Assembly: GCA_963725905.1 (NCBI GenBank)
Contig: CAVSAG010000003.1
Location: 193,546-257,545, forward strand
Length of the DNA: 64,000 nt
DNA from: an uncultured Pseudomonadota bacterium
GTDB lineage: Bacteria > Myxococcota_A > Polyangia > Fen-1088
Direction: 5' to 3'
Of this stretch, positions 35,905-46,601 are shown one piece after another. The position numbers and the translations under genes were made by a program. Below the pieces are notes generated by a model, which saw only the letters and a list, made by a program, of their open reading frames with translations, did not search any database and was not told the DNA's origin. The first letter of the stretch is position 1. The number at the start of each line of letters is the position of its first letter.

Positions 35905-38154
35905 ATGATCCGCAAAAACGACGCGCTCGAGTATCACCGGAGTGGGCGGCCGGGGAAGTTGGAGGTCGTCCCGACCAAGCCGCTGGTCACGCAGCGCGAC
36001 CTGTCGCTCGCCTACTCGCCGGGCGTCGCCGAGCCGTGCCTGGAGATCGCGGCCAACCCGGAGATGGGCTGGGAGTACACGGCGCGCGGCAACCTGGTCG
36101 CGGTCGTCACCAACGGCACGGCCGTCTTGGGGCTCGGCAACATCGGTCCGCTCGCCGCCAAGCCGGTGATGGAGGGGAAGGCCTGCCTCTTCAAGAAGTT
36201 CGCCGACATCGACGTCTACGATCTCGAGGTCGACGCGCGCGATTCGGCCCGCTTCATCGACACGGTCGCCGCGCTCGAGCCGACGTTCGGCGGGATCAAC
36301 CTGGAGGACCTCAAGGCGCCCGAGTGCTTCGAGATCGAGGCGGGCCTGCGCGCGCGGATGGCGATCCCGGTTCTTCACGATGACCAGCACGGCACGGCCA
36401 TCATTTCGGGCGCCGCGCTCCTGAACGGCGCCGAGATCGCGGGGAAGAGGGTCGGGGACCTCAAGGTCGTCATCTCGGGCGCGGGCGCCTCGGCGATCGC
36501 CTGCGGCAACTTCTATGTCGAGCTTGGCGTCTCGCTGGAGAACATCACGATGGTCGACTCGGTCGGCGTCATCTACGCCGGGCGCGAACAGGGGATGAAC
36601 CAGTGGAAGGCGCGGTTCGCGCGCCCGGACGACGGGGCGCGGACGCGCGCCGATGCGCTGCGCGGCGCAGACCTTTTCCTGGGACTTTCGAAGGCGGGCC
36701 TCTGCACGGCGGAGATGCTGAAGACGATGGCGCCGCGCCCGATGGTTTTCGCGCTGGCCAACCCCGATCCGGAGATCGGCTACGCCGAGGCGAAGGCCGC
36801 GCGACCGGACGCCATCGTCGCCACCGGGCGCAGCGATTTTCCGAACCAGGTCAACAACGTGCTCGGGTTCCCTTACGTCTTCCGCGGCGCGCTCGACGTG
36901 CGCGCCAAGGAGATCAACGAGGCGATGAAGATCGCGGCCGCGCGCGCGCTGGCCGCGCTGGCCCACGAGCCGGTCCCCGATTCGGTCGCCGAGGCGTACG
37001 ACGTGAGCGCCTTCAAGTTCGGCCCCGACTATCTCATCCCGAAGCCGTTCGACACGCGCGTGCTCTGGTGGTGCGCGCCGGCGGTGGCCGAGGCGGCGAT
37101 GCAGTCGGGCGCCGCGCGGCTCACGCTCAACCTCGACGAGTACCGCGAGCGGCTGCAGCGCCGCATCGGCGGCACGCAGCACACGATCATGCGGCAGATC
37201 GTGCAGCGGGCGAAGAGCGCGCCCAAGCGGATCGTCTTCCCCGACGGCGACAACATCAAGGTGCTGCGCGCCTGCCAGATCGCGCTCGACGAGAAGATCG
37301 CCCGCCCCATCCTGCTCGGCCACGAGAAGAAGATCCGCCAGCGCGCCGCCGAGCTCGATCTCGATCTCGAAGGGGTGGAGATCATCAACCCGCCGGATTC
37401 GCCCCGACACGCCGCCTACGCCACCGAGTATCTGGCGCTGCGCTGCCGCAAGGGCGTGACCGCCTCCAACGCCACCCGCCTCGTCAACCGGCGCATCCAC
37501 TTCGGCATGATGATGGTGCGCAGCGGTGACGCCGACGGCCTGGTCGCCGGCCTGACGTCGCCCTACCCCGACACCATCCGCCCGGCGCTGCAGATCCTGG
37601 GGATTCGCCCCGACGTCCGCCGCGCCACCGGCATGTACATGATGCTGCTCAAGAACGGCGTGAAGTTCTTCGCCGACGCGACGGTCAACATCGATCCCGA
37701 CGCCGAGACGCTGGCCGACACGGCCATCCAGGTGGCCGACGCGGCGCGCGCCTTCGAGGTCACGCCGCGCATCGCGATGATCTCGTTCTCCAACTTCGGT
37801 TCGGCGCCCCACCCGGAGTCGAAGAAGATGGCCGACGCCGTCGACATCGTCCGGCGGCTGCGCCCCGATCTGGAGATCGACGGCGAGGTGCAGGCCGACA
37901 TCGCCGTCGATCCGGAGAAGCTGCGCGAGTTGTTCCCGTTCTCGCGCCTCACCGACGAGGCAAACGTGCTCGTCTTCCCGACGCTGGCCGCCGGCAACGC
38001 CGCCTACAAGGTGCTCGCCGCCCTGGGCGGCGCGACCGCGATCGGCCCGATTCTCCTGGGCGTCAACAAGCCGGTCACCGTCCTCCCGCGCGACGCGAAC
38101 GTCGACACGATCGTCAGCATGACCGCCTACACGGTCGCGCGCAGCCTCAGCTGA
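35905..38154 (+). CDS. maeB: NADP-dependent malic enzyme with a C-terminal phosphotransacetylase-like domain
   Basis: [13 protein letters not shown] ... [16 protein letters not shown] ... FHDDQHGTA-type blocks. 749 aa with the PTA-like domain. Confidence 0.95.
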   Translation: MIRKNDALEYHRSGRPGKLEVVPTKPLVTQRDLSLAYSPGVAEPCLEIAANPEMGWEYTARGNLVAVVTNGTAVLGLGNIGPLAAKPVMEGKACLFKKFADIDVYDLEVDARDSARFIDTVAALEPTFGGINLEDLKAPECFEIEAGLRARMAIPVLHDDQHGTAIISGAALLNGAEIAGKRVGDLKVVISGAGASAIACGNFYVELGVSLENITMVDSVGVIYAGREQGMNQWKARFARPDDGARTRADALRGADLFLGLSKAGLCTAEMLKTMAPRPMVFALANPDPEIGYAEAKAARPDAIVATGRSDFPNQVNNVLGFPYVFRGALDVRAKEINEAMKIAAARALAALAHEPVPDSVAEAYDVSAFKFGPDYLIPKPFDTRVLWWCAPAVAEAAMQSGAARLTLNLDEYRERLQRRIGGTQHTIMRQIVQRAKSAPKRIVFPDGDNIKVLRACQIALDEKIARPILLGHEKKIRQRAAELDLDLEGVEIINPPDSPRHAAYATEYLALRCRKGVTASNATRLVNRRIHFGMMMVRSGDADGLVAGLTSPYPDTIRPALQILGIRPDVRRATGMYMMLLKNGVKFFADATVNIDPDAETLADTAIQVADAARAFEVTPRIAMISFSNFGSAPHPESKKMADAVDIVRRLRPDLEIDGEVQADIAVDPEKLRELFPFSRLTDEANVLVFPTLAAGNAAYKVLAALGGATAIGPILLGVNKPVTVLPRDANVDTIVSMTAYTVARSLS

Positions 38155-38157
38155 CGC

Positions 38158-38604
38158 TCAGGGCGGCAGGTAGGTGGCGCTCATTAGGTCGCAGAGCATC
38201 TTGATGTCGGAGGCGGTCTGGCCAAACACCGAGGTGCCTGAATCGCCGCCTGATCCGTAGTACCACTGGTTCTCGATGAGGCCGTCCAGGTCGGTTTGGC
38301 AGGCACCGAGCGCGTCGGCCCTCGAGCAGGGCCCATCGACGAATGTCTCTGAGCCGGCGTCGGCCGGGACCGACGCCGCGTTCTGGGCGCACGTCTGCTG
38401 AAAGCTCGGGCCGACGTCGGCCAACGTCTCGAGGCACAGGGTGGCGGTCCCGCCGTCGAAGAACTGAACGATCGTGCAAGAGGCCACCCCGGCGTCGCCG
38501 AAGCTGGCTGCGTCGGTCGTGGTCGCCGTCCCACTGCCGCACGCGGCGCCCAAGAACACCAAACCGACCGCCAATCCGAGAACGAGGCCCGCGGTGAACC
38601 GCAC
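38158..38604 (-). CDS. Small Cys-containing lipoprotein, function unknown
   Basis: GTG 38604. Lipobox in VRFTAGLVLGLAVGLVFLGAAC. The rest of ORF 38158..39171 is out-of-frame junk overlapping the upstream gene. Confidence 0.65.
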   Translation of the reverse strand: MRFTAGLVLGLAVGLVFLGAACGSGTATTTDAASFGDAGVASCTIVQFFDGGTATLCLETLADVGPSFQQTCAQNAASVPADAGSETFVDGPCSRADALGACQTDLDGLIENQWYYGSGGDSGTSVFGQTASDIKMLCDLMSATYLPP

Positions 38605-38615
38605 CGCGACGATTG

Positions 38616-39182
38616 TTAGTGCAGGAGCTTGTCCGTGTCGACTGGCTCGCTGCCCGCGCGCTTGCGGGTGCTGGAGCTCGCGAAGTTGATCGTCGAGCCG
38701 TCGAGCGCGATGAACAGCTTGTGCGTCGAGGCGGCCGGCGCGTCGGGGATCGTCACCTCGAAGGGCTCGGCCACCGCCGGCGGCAGGTGCGGCAGCGTGA
38801 ACGTCGCGCGATGCTCCCCGACCCGGAGCGAGATCTGCGCCGACTCGTGCGTCACCGAGGTCGGGTTGATGATCTTGCCGGAGACCTTCATCCCCTTGCC
38901 AGCGGGCGAGGCCTGCAGGTCGATGACGTAGAGCCCGCCCGAGACCGGCTGCCAACCCGTCGCGCCGAGGTCGACCTGCTGGAAGACGGTGGCCGACAGG
39001 CGCCGGTCGACGTCGCGGACCGCCTCCTTGAACTGGTCGAACCGGGGCGAAAACCCCGTGACCTGCTGCTCCAGGGCGGTCCTGGCCACCTGCTCCTTCC
39101 GCAGCAAAGTGTAAAGATATCCACAGGCTCCGAGGCTTCCCAGAACCAGCAAGAACACGAACGCTCCCCACAGCTTACGCAT
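38616..39182 (-). CDS. Membrane-anchored protein, function unknown
   Basis: N-terminal TM segment WGAFVFLLVLGSLGACGYLY and a beta-rich exported part. GC3-rich frame. Confidence 0.7.
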   Translation of the reverse strand: MRKLWGAFVFLLVLGSLGACGYLYTLLRKEQVARTALEQQVTGFSPRFDQFKEAVRDVDRRLSATVFQQVDLGATGWQPVSGGLYVIDLQASPAGKGMKVSGKIINPTSVTHESAQISLRVGEHRATFTLPHLPPAVAEPFEVTIPDAPAASTHKLFIALDGSTINFASSSTRKRAGSEPVDTDKLLH

Positions 39183-39205
39183 CTTCAGGTCGTGTTATTG
39201 TACAC

Positions 39206-40276
39206 GTGATGTTGCGTCGGGTCCGCATCCCAAAGGCGGCCCTGGCACTCGGATCCACCGTCGCGGTCTGCTTGGCGTTCGGGATGGGGTGCTCGGTGGA
39301 TCGGGCCGGGCTATCTGGCTTCGATGCCTCCATCTCCAAGGGGGGATCGACCGGCGGAAACCTGTCCGCGGCCGGTGGCGCACCTGCGACCGGATCCGGC
39401 GGCACGCTTGGTGGATCCGGCAGCGGCGGCGCGGGCGTGTCGAGCGGCGGCAGCGGCGGGAGCACCGCGACCGGCGGCGGTGGGTCGGGCGGTGCCGGAG
39501 CCGGATCGGGCGGCCTCGCCACCGACAGCGGCGCGGGTGGCGCGATCGGCCTCGGCGGCGGCTCCGGCGGCGACGCCTCCGGGACGGGCGGCGCCACGGC
39601 CAGCGGGGGAATCGACGGATCGGGCGGCATCACCGGGACCGGCGGCGTGGACGGCACCGGCGGCGTGGCGGGCGGCGCGGGCAGCGGTGGCAGCGGAGGC
39701 AGCGGTGGCAGCGGTGGCAGCGGTGGAACGACCGGTGCCTCGGGAGGGAGCCAGGGGTCGGGCGGGAAGCCCGGGACCGGCGGCGCCGGTGGCGATCACC
39801 CGCCGAGCTGCTCCTCGTTCCCGGCCGGCTCGACGTTCACCCCGCCCACCGACAACCTCCTGCACTGTTACTGGACCCACGCCGACGCGGCCACCTGGGA
39901 GACCGCCGAGGCGACCTGCGAGAACGAAGGCGGGACGCTGGCGACGGTCCTCTCCTCGCAGGAGAACATGGCCGTCCTGGGCTTTGGCCTGCGGGCGACC
40001 CTCTTCGCCGGCGGCGCGAACGTCGCCTGGCTGGGCGCCTCGGATGGCAAGCAAAGCAACGACAAGAGCGGCTTCGGGACGTACGCTTGGGTCACGGGTG
40101 AGCCCTGGGTCTTCATCAACTGGCACGCCAGTCAGCCCGACGGATCGTGCGCCTGTCAGAACAACAACAATACGTGCGCCTGCGACCACTGGCTGACGAT
40201 CGCCAACGACGGGACCTGGTACGACCGCGCCGACAACGAAACCCGGCCGTACATCTGCGAAGCCATCGCGCGGTGA
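39206..40276 (+). CDS. Lipoprotein with a Gly-rich linker and a C-type lectin domain
   Basis: Lipobox FGMGC. CTLD hallmarks HCYW ... TWETAEATCENEGGTLATVLSSQEN ... AWLGASD ... YAWVTGEPWVFINW ... CACDHWLTIANDGTWYDRADNETRPYICE. Confidence 0.85.
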   Translation: MMLRRVRIPKAALALGSTVAVCLAFGMGCSVDRAGLSGFDASISKGGSTGGNLSAAGGAPATGSGGTLGGSGSGGAGVSSGGSGGSTATGGGGSGGAGAGSGGLATDSGAGGAIGLGGGSGGDASGTGGATASGGIDGSGGITGTGGVDGTGGVAGGAGSGGSGGSGGSGGSGGTTGASGGSQGSGGKPGTGGAGGDHPPSCSSFPAGSTFTPPTDNLLHCYWTHADAATWETAEATCENEGGTLATVLSSQENMAVLGFGLRATLFAGGANVAWLGASDGKQSNDKSGFGTYAWVTGEPWVFINWHASQPDGSCACQNNNNTCACDHWLTIANDGTWYDRADNETRPYICEAIAR

Positions 40277-41689
40277 CACGTCTGGCGCCGGTCGTCGGCG
40301 CCTGCGCGGTCGTGCTGGCGGCGATCGGATGCGGGCAGCCGATCGCGTTCGACCCGCGCGCGATCGCGGCCCACCGGATGCTCGAGCGCGCGCCGCCCGG
40401 GTTTCTGCTGGGGGCCGCCACGTCGGCCTACCAAATCGAAGGGGGAAACCACAACGACTGGACCGCCTGGGAGAAGGGGCGTTACCCCGACGGGTCGCCG
40501 CACGTCGCGGACGGCACCGACGCCTCCCGCGCCGCCGACTCGTGGAATCTGTGGCGCTCCGACCTGGCGTCGCTGCAGCTCCTCGGCGCCAACGTCTACC
40601 GGATGGGGATCGAGTGGAGTCGGCTCGAGCCCACCGAGGGAGCGTGGGACGCGGCGGCCGCCGCCCGCTACCGCGAGATGTTCGCGGCGCTGCGGGCGGC
40701 GCACATCGCGCCGATGGTCACGCTCTATCACTTCACGCTGCCGACCTGGGTCGCCGCGCGCGGCGGCTGGGAGTGGGCGGGCGCGCCGGCCGCGCTGGCG
40801 GCGTTCGCGGGTCGCGCCGGCGCCGCCTTCGGTGATCTCGTCGACTGGTGGTGCACGATCAACGAGCCGAACGTGCTGGTGGCCAAGAGCTACCTCGCGG
40901 CGCAGTGGCCGCCGGGCGTGCGCGACCCGCGGCGCGCGGCGCTGGTGCTGGCGGCGCTCATGCGGGCGCATGGCCTCATGACCGAAGCGCTGCGCGCGAG
41001 CGACCGCGCCGACACCGACGGCGATGGACACGCGACGCGGATCGGCATCGCCCAGAACCTGCGCGTCTTCGACGCCTACTCGCGAAATCCCGTCGACGCG
41101 CTGGTCGCCGGCGCCGCCGACGACTTCTACGACCAGTCGTTTCTCGACGCCGTCACGCTCGGCCGCGTGCGCGTGGTGCTCCCGCGCGTGATCGACATTG
41201 ACGAGCCGTTTCCGCCGCTCGGCGGGCAGCCTCGACTTTCTGGGGGTCAACTACTACACGCGCGATCTGGTCGTGGGCGCGCTCTCCGGGCCCAACGTCT
41301 ACACCCCGGCCGCCGTCCCCGGTCACCCGCGCAACGACCTCGGCTGGGAGGTCTATCCCGAAGGGCTCTACCGCCTCCTTCGTCGCTACGCCCACCGGGG
41401 CTGGCCCCTGATCGTCACCGAGAACGGCGTGTCGGACGGGCGGGACGTCCTGCGCGCCGACTTCCTGCGCGGTCATCTCTATGCGGTGGACCGCGCGCGC
41501 GCCGAGGGGGTCGACGTCGTCGGCTACATCTACTGGTCCCTGATCGACAACTTCGAGTGGTCGCACGGCACGCGCGGCCACTTCGGCCTCTTCTCGATCG
41601 ACTTCGAGGACCCGACCCTGACCCGGCGACCGACCTCGGCGGTCGCCACGTTTCAGGAGGCGGCGCGGAACCTCGGGATCCTGCGCTAG
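40273..41689 (+). pseudogene. GH1 beta-glucosidase, interrupted by a 1-nt frameshift near 41221-41230 (or an assembly indel)
   Basis: Frame 1 (ORF 40147..) carries SAYQIEGG, TLYHFTLPTW and TINEPN. Frame 2 (ORF 41198..41689) carries SLDFLGVNYY, IVTENG and WSLIDNFEWSHG. The GTG 40273 start overlaps the lectin stop (GTGA). A lipobox-like AAIGC is present. Confidence 0.85.
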
Positions 41690-41822
41690 GTCGGGTGCCG
41701 GCGGGCCCGGACCGCTGCTTGACTCGGGCATATCGCTATGGTTTCGTCCTCAGGATCTCGGTCTTCGCACATGGGTCCGCGCCCGCGTTTTTGCCTACTT
41801 TTTGGAAGTGAGGGCTAGCCTG

Positions 41823-43712
41823 ATGAAGCACGCAACCTCGTTGGCCCTTTTGGTCTCCCTGGGTCTGGCGCTCGGATGCGCGGGGGTGAAGCCGACCGCC
41901 ACCAAGACCGGCTCCGGCGGGTCGGGCGCGTCGACTGGAAACGGCGGTGGCAGCGGGAGCGGCGGCTCCATCAACCCGCCTCCGTCGAGCTGCAACGGCA
42001 CCTGCGACGACTTCGGCGGCGGACCGTTTGGCCCCGACGGAACCAACGGCTCGGTCCCCTCGGGCGCGACGGGGATCTTCGGCAACGGCAGCTCGGGCAG
42101 CAACGGCCCCTGCCTCTACGAGCCGCAGGACGGGACGTTGTTTCCCAACAACTGGCTGCGCCCCCGTTTCAGCTGGACGTCGAGCGGCGATCTCTACGAG
42201 CTGCGCGTGAGCGTCGCCAACCAGCAGGACGACCTGGTCGTCTACACCGACCAGACCAGCTGGACGATGCCGCAGTCGATGTGGAGCCACCTCGGTATCG
42301 ACAGCAACGACATGCCGCTGACGGTGAAGATCAGCAGCTCGTCCCACGGCGGGGCTCCGGCCGCCGGGACCAGCAGCACGTTCACCATCGCGCCCGTCGG
42401 CGCGTCGGGCAACCTCGTCTACTGGTCGCCGACGGGGTCGACCAACGCTGGCACCGGCATGGTGGGGAATACCGTCCTCTCCGGCTTCTCCGTCGGTAGC
42501 GAAATGGTCAAGCAGGTCCTCGTGCCGACGGACATCGCCACCCCGACCACCAACTACTGGATGACGATGGGCAACGACTACAAGCAGCGGCCGGTCACCT
42601 GCATCGGTTGCCACACCTCGACGCCCGACGGGAACTTCATCGGGTTCAACGACGCCTGGCCGTGGGGCGGCGTCCTCGCCTCGGCGGCGCCGGGATCGAT
42701 GGGGATGCCCCCCACCTTCATCAAGGCCGGCGGGTTTGCCGCCTTCATCCAGCCCTGGGTGGGGATCCAGACGTACACCATCAACCACTGGATGGACGGT
42801 GACCACGTCGTCGTCGCGCCACTCGGGACCTGCAGCGGGCAGCCCTGTGCGACTGGCTCGTCGGTCGACGGCGATCAGCAGCCCGGGCTGGCCTGGTTTG
42901 ATCTGGAGAACACCGGCCCGTACACCGGAATGGCCGATCCGGCGACGACGCTCAAGGGCTCGGCCTGGAACTGGATCGTCCCGCCCGACACATCCAACAA
43001 GATCTACGCCGCCGCACCGTCGTGGAGCCACGCGCAGGGCGACGACTTCATCGTCTACACGGGGACCAGCAACGTGAAGTCCGGACGGCTCGGATCCGGG
43101 ACGGCGCACCTCTATCAGGTCCCCTACTCGAAGACGTCGACCCAGACGCCGATGGCGATCCCCGGGGACGGCTCCGATTCCAACTACGCGCAGTACTACG
43201 GCACGCTGTCGTCCGACGACGCGTACATCGCGTTCGACCGGATCTCCGCGTCCACGGCGGCCACGAACCACCCGAGCCTCGACACCACGGCGACGGGCTG
43301 CAACCCCTCACCTTGCGTCTGGGAGGGGATGTACATGCAGCCGGCGACGGAGCTCTACGTGATGCCCGAGGCCGGTGGCGACGCGAAACGTTTGGTCGCC
43401 AACGACCCGCCGCAGTGCCCGGGGCAGATGACCAGCCCCGGGATCAACAACACCTGGGCCAAGTGGTCGCCGGAGAGCTCGCCGGCGCCGAACGGCTCGA
43501 CGTACTACTGGCTGATCTTCTCTTCCTGGCGCCAGGGGATGGTCGACCCGAAGACCGGATCGCCCATCGCCCAGCTCTTCATGACGGTGATCGTGAAGCC
43601 GGAGGCGGGGCTCCTGCAGACCTTCCCGGCCGTTTATCTCTGGAATCAACCGGCGAACATCAGTAATTTCACGCCGGCGTGGGACGTGTTCAAGATTGGC
43701 AGCGTCGGCTAG
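41823..43712 (+). CDS. Large lipoprotein, possibly a beta-propeller, with a single CxxCH motif
   Basis: Lipobox GLALGC and a Gly-rich linker. CIGCH at 42600-42614. TolB-like patterns (YIAFDR, ELYVMPEAGG, WAKWSP). Confidence 0.8.
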   Translation: MKHATSLALLVSLGLALGCAGVKPTATKTGSGGSGASTGNGGGSGSGGSINPPPSSCNGTCDDFGGGPFGPDGTNGSVPSGATGIFGNGSSGSNGPCLYEPQDGTLFPNNWLRPRFSWTSSGDLYELRVSVANQQDDLVVYTDQTSWTMPQSMWSHLGIDSNDMPLTVKISSSSHGGAPAAGTSSTFTIAPVGASGNLVYWSPTGSTNAGTGMVGNTVLSGFSVGSEMVKQVLVPTDIATPTTNYWMTMGNDYKQRPVTCIGCHTSTPDGNFIGFNDAWPWGGVLASAAPGSMGMPPTFIKAGGFAAFIQPWVGIQTYTINHWMDGDHVVVAPLGTCSGQPCATGSSVDGDQQPGLAWFDLENTGPYTGMADPATTLKGSAWNWIVPPDTSNKIYAAAPSWSHAQGDDFIVYTGTSNVKSGRLGSGTAHLYQVPYSKTSTQTPMAIPGDGSDSNYAQYYGTLSSDDAYIAFDRISASTAATNHPSLDTTATGCNPSPCVWEGMYMQPATELYVMPEAGGDAKRLVANDPPQCPGQMTSPGINNTWAKWSPESSPAPNGSTYYWLIFSSWRQGMVDPKTGSPIAQLFMTVIVKPEAGLLQTFPAVYLWNQPANISNFTPAWDVFKIGSVG

Positions 43713-43846
43713 GCGCGACTTCGAGCTTGGCCGCGTGATCTAGCAGCACCCGCAGCACCCGTCGCAATCGAGTCCTGCAAGTGCAGTGGGGGACTCTACA
43801 AACCTCCCGAGAAACTCCCCAAGAACTCTCAAGGAAAGCCCAACTG

Positions 43847-45661
43847 ATGCGCAAGCAAACCCCCTGGATCGTGACGAGCTTTCTGTTCCTTTTCGCCGGG
43901 TCCCTTCCGGCCCTGGCTCAAGACAACGCCGCTCCGGCGGGCCCGCCCCCCGCGGCGACCCCGCCGCCGGCGGCACCGGAGGTGACGCCCGCGGCCGCGC
44001 CGGCAGCGGCGCCGGCCGCGGCGCCGAAGAAGAAGGGTGGGAGCGCGCCGGCCTTGGGGCTGTCGCCAGAGGCGCCGCAGGTGGGTGGCGTGGCGAACAC
44101 GACGACGGAGTCGGCGCCTGCGCCCGAGGAGCCGGCGACGGGCGAGTGGAAGTTCGACGTGACGGGGTACTTCCGGGCGCCGCTGCGGTTCTCGTGGGGG
44201 CCGCCGACGACGTCGGACCCGAACTCGACGACGCCCGCCGGGACGCAGATCCGGACGCCGCCGCTGGTGCCGGACGCGAACTACATCGACTGGCGGTACA
44301 CCAACAGCATGGTCGGCCCGTGGACGGAGCTGAACTTTCACTACGGCAACGACCGGGTGAAGGCGACGGTGCAGATCGCGTCGTACAACATCACCGACTC
44401 CGGGTACCGGAGGCTGGAGTCGAACCTGGGGATCAACGAGGCGTTCCTGTCGATGACGTACCCGGAGTTCATCGACCAGGACGCGCGGCTGACGCTGATC
44501 GCCGGGGCGTACACGAACCGGTACGGGGCGGCTGGGCGATACGACGCGGGCCGGTACGAGACGTATCTGTTCGGGCGCACGCACGTGGCGGGCGCGACGG
44601 TGACGTTCGACCAGGACATCGGCGACTGGACGGGAGAGCTCGAGGGGACGTTCGGCGGGAAGCTGGAGCCGATCCCGTTCTACGGACCTCCAGGCGCGCC
44701 GGGCCCGACCACCCCGGCGAACGAGCAGTTGCCGGCCTGGGAGCCCTACCCGGGGCCCGTGCCGCAGGAGTCGACGTTCGTGGCGAGCGTGCATCTGGGC
44801 GCGGTCTACAAGAAGATGGTGATCGCGGGGCTGCACCTCATCGACGTGTTCGCGAACGATAACGAGCGGGCGGGGTCGTACCAGGGTGGGGGGAGCCCGG
44901 CGTGGGACGGGACGCAGTTTGGGAACGTGAATTCGCCGCCGCGGTTGCCGTCGGACCCGAAGCCGAGCATCTGGATTGGGGGCGGGGACGTGAAGTTGCT
45001 GGGGGGCGTGCTGGGTGACGGGTACGTGGGGTACTCGCATCTGTCGGCGACGAACGCGCTCTACCTGGCGGACGCGATCGAGGTGCTGCACTCGTTCGGG
45101 GGCTGGCAGCTGCACGACAACTACTTCGGGCCGCCGGGCGGGGTACAGCCGGTGACGGGTTCGATCGACAGCGTGGAGGTGCAGTACAGCTTCAGCTTCG
45201 GGCAGCTGTTTCACTACCCGCAGGCGTTCTGGGGAGACGGGCCGGACCTGATCGGGACGGTGTTCGGGATGTTCAACCACGTGAAGGCGCCGGATGCGCC
45301 GGGGTACTCGCTGAACAAGCTGAAGTTCGGGACGGAGTGGACGTACGTGCCGCTGCCGTGGCTGGGGCTGGGGGCGCGGTACGACGTGGTGGAGCCGAAC
45401 CTGGACATCTCGGGCGAGTCGTTCTCGGTGATCTCGCCGCGGATCATCTTCCGGACGGCGTTCGTGACGCACGAGCAGGTGATGATCCAGTACTCGCGGT
45501 ACTTCTATGGCAGCGACTACGCGCCGGGGCTCACGCCGAACGGTGCGACGACGCCAGGGATCGTGAGCGGGTCGCAGTTCCCGTACAACAGCCAGCCGGG
45601 GGCATCGCAGCTGGGTGTGGACAAGAACGCCGCGCAGATCGCGGCGATCATCTGGTTCTAG
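43847..45661 (+). CDS. Outer-membrane beta-barrel, porin-like
   Basis: Signal peptide ending ALAQD, a Pro/Ala-rich spacer, many amphipathic beta-strand segments, and a C-terminal AAIIWF. Confidence 0.78.
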   Translation: MRKQTPWIVTSFLFLFAGSLPALAQDNAAPAGPPPAATPPPAAPEVTPAAAPAAAPAAAPKKKGGSAPALGLSPEAPQVGGVANTTTESAPAPEEPATGEWKFDVTGYFRAPLRFSWGPPTTSDPNSTTPAGTQIRTPPLVPDANYIDWRYTNSMVGPWTELNFHYGNDRVKATVQIASYNITDSGYRRLESNLGINEAFLSMTYPEFIDQDARLTLIAGAYTNRYGAAGRYDAGRYETYLFGRTHVAGATVTFDQDIGDWTGELEGTFGGKLEPIPFYGPPGAPGPTTPANEQLPAWEPYPGPVPQESTFVASVHLGAVYKKMVIAGLHLIDVFANDNERAGSYQGGGSPAWDGTQFGNVNSPPRLPSDPKPSIWIGGGDVKLLGGVLGDGYVGYSHLSATNALYLADAIEVLHSFGGWQLHDNYFGPPGGVQPVTGSIDSVEVQYSFSFGQLFHYPQAFWGDGPDLIGTVFGMFNHVKAPDAPGYSLNKLKFGTEWTYVPLPWLGLGARYDVVEPNLDISGESFSVISPRIIFRTAFVTHEQVMIQYSRYFYGSDYAPGLTPNGATTPGIVSGSQFPYNSQPGASQLGVDKNAAQIAAIIWF

Positions 45662-45693
45662 GCCAACGGAACGACGAGAACGACGAGGACGAC

Positions 45694-46479
45694 ATGACGA
45701 GCGAAACGAAGAAGACGATGGTGGCGCTGGCCGGCGGCGCGCTGATGCTGGTGGGCTGCATCATCCCCGACAAGTCGGCGAGTCAGCCGCAGGTGGCGCC
45801 GGGGTCGGCGGCGTCGATCGGCGGCGGCGGGACGACGGCGGCGGCGGCGGCGCCCGGTCCGCAAGTGGGGAAGGACTGCGGCGCGACGGGGCTCATCGAC
45901 GACGGCGAGGACGGGAACAACCAGAACCTGCCGAACGACAACCGGGGCGGGTACTGGTACACGTTCAAGGACCACGGGACGACGACGGTGGACCCGACGG
46001 CGGGCGAGGAGGGCGGAACCTTCGCGATGAGCGAGGGGGGCCACGCCTCGCAGTACGCGGCGCGCTTTCACGGCACGGTCGGGACGGGCTCGGTGGTGTT
46101 CTCGGGGATGGGGACCAACCTCGTCGATCCGAAGGACGCCTACGACGCCTCGAAGTACGCGGGGATCTCGTTCTGGGCGAAGAAGGGGAGCGCCGAATCG
46201 ACGGGGAAGGTCCGGCTGAAGGTGCCGGACGTGAACACGGACCCGCAGGGGGGCGTCTGCACGGAGTGCTTCAACGACTTCGGCGGCGACCTGAACCTGA
46301 CGACGGAGTGGAAGCAGTACTCGTTCCTCTGGCCGAAGATGAAGCAGGAGCCGGACTGGGGCGCGCCGCACAAGCCGCACATCACGCCCGCCAAGATCTA
46401 CGGCGTTCAGTTCCAGGTCAAAGTCCCCCGCGCCATCTACGACATCTACATCGACGACCTGAAGTTCATCTGCGAGTAG
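45694..46479 (+). CDS. Lipoprotein with a CBM11-like carbohydrate-binding module
   Basis: Lipobox [18 protein letters not shown] ... GGYWYTFKD ... ISFWAK ... IYGVQFQV pattern. Confidence 0.75.
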   Translation: MTSETKKTMVALAGGALMLVGCIIPDKSASQPQVAPGSAASIGGGGTTAAAAAPGPQVGKDCGATGLIDDGEDGNNQNLPNDNRGGYWYTFKDHGTTTVDPTAGEEGGTFAMSEGGHASQYAARFHGTVGTGSVVFSGMGTNLVDPKDAYDASKYAGISFWAKKGSAESTGKVRLKVPDVNTDPQGGVCTECFNDFGGDLNLTTEWKQYSFLWPKMKQEPDWGAPHKPHITPAKIYGVQFQVKVPRAIYDIYIDDLKFICE

Positions 46480-46503
46480 AATCGTCCACGATTTGCCGGA
46501 GCC

Positions 46504-46577
46504 GATCGCGTGGACGGAGCCGGGCTTCGCCCGGCGAAGTCCGTCGCGGGAGAGCAGGGAACCCTTTGAGGGTTCCC
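46504..46577 (+). repeat. Conserved two-hairpin intergenic element, copy c
   Basis: P1 is GCCGGGC-TTC-GCCCGGC; the linker is GAAGTCCGTCGCGGGAGAGCA; P2 is GGGAACCC-TTTGA-GGGTTCCC. It ends 24 nt before the GH94 ATG. Confidence 0.7.
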
Positions 46578-46601
46578 GAGAAAACAAAAGAGGACCCAGC
46601 G

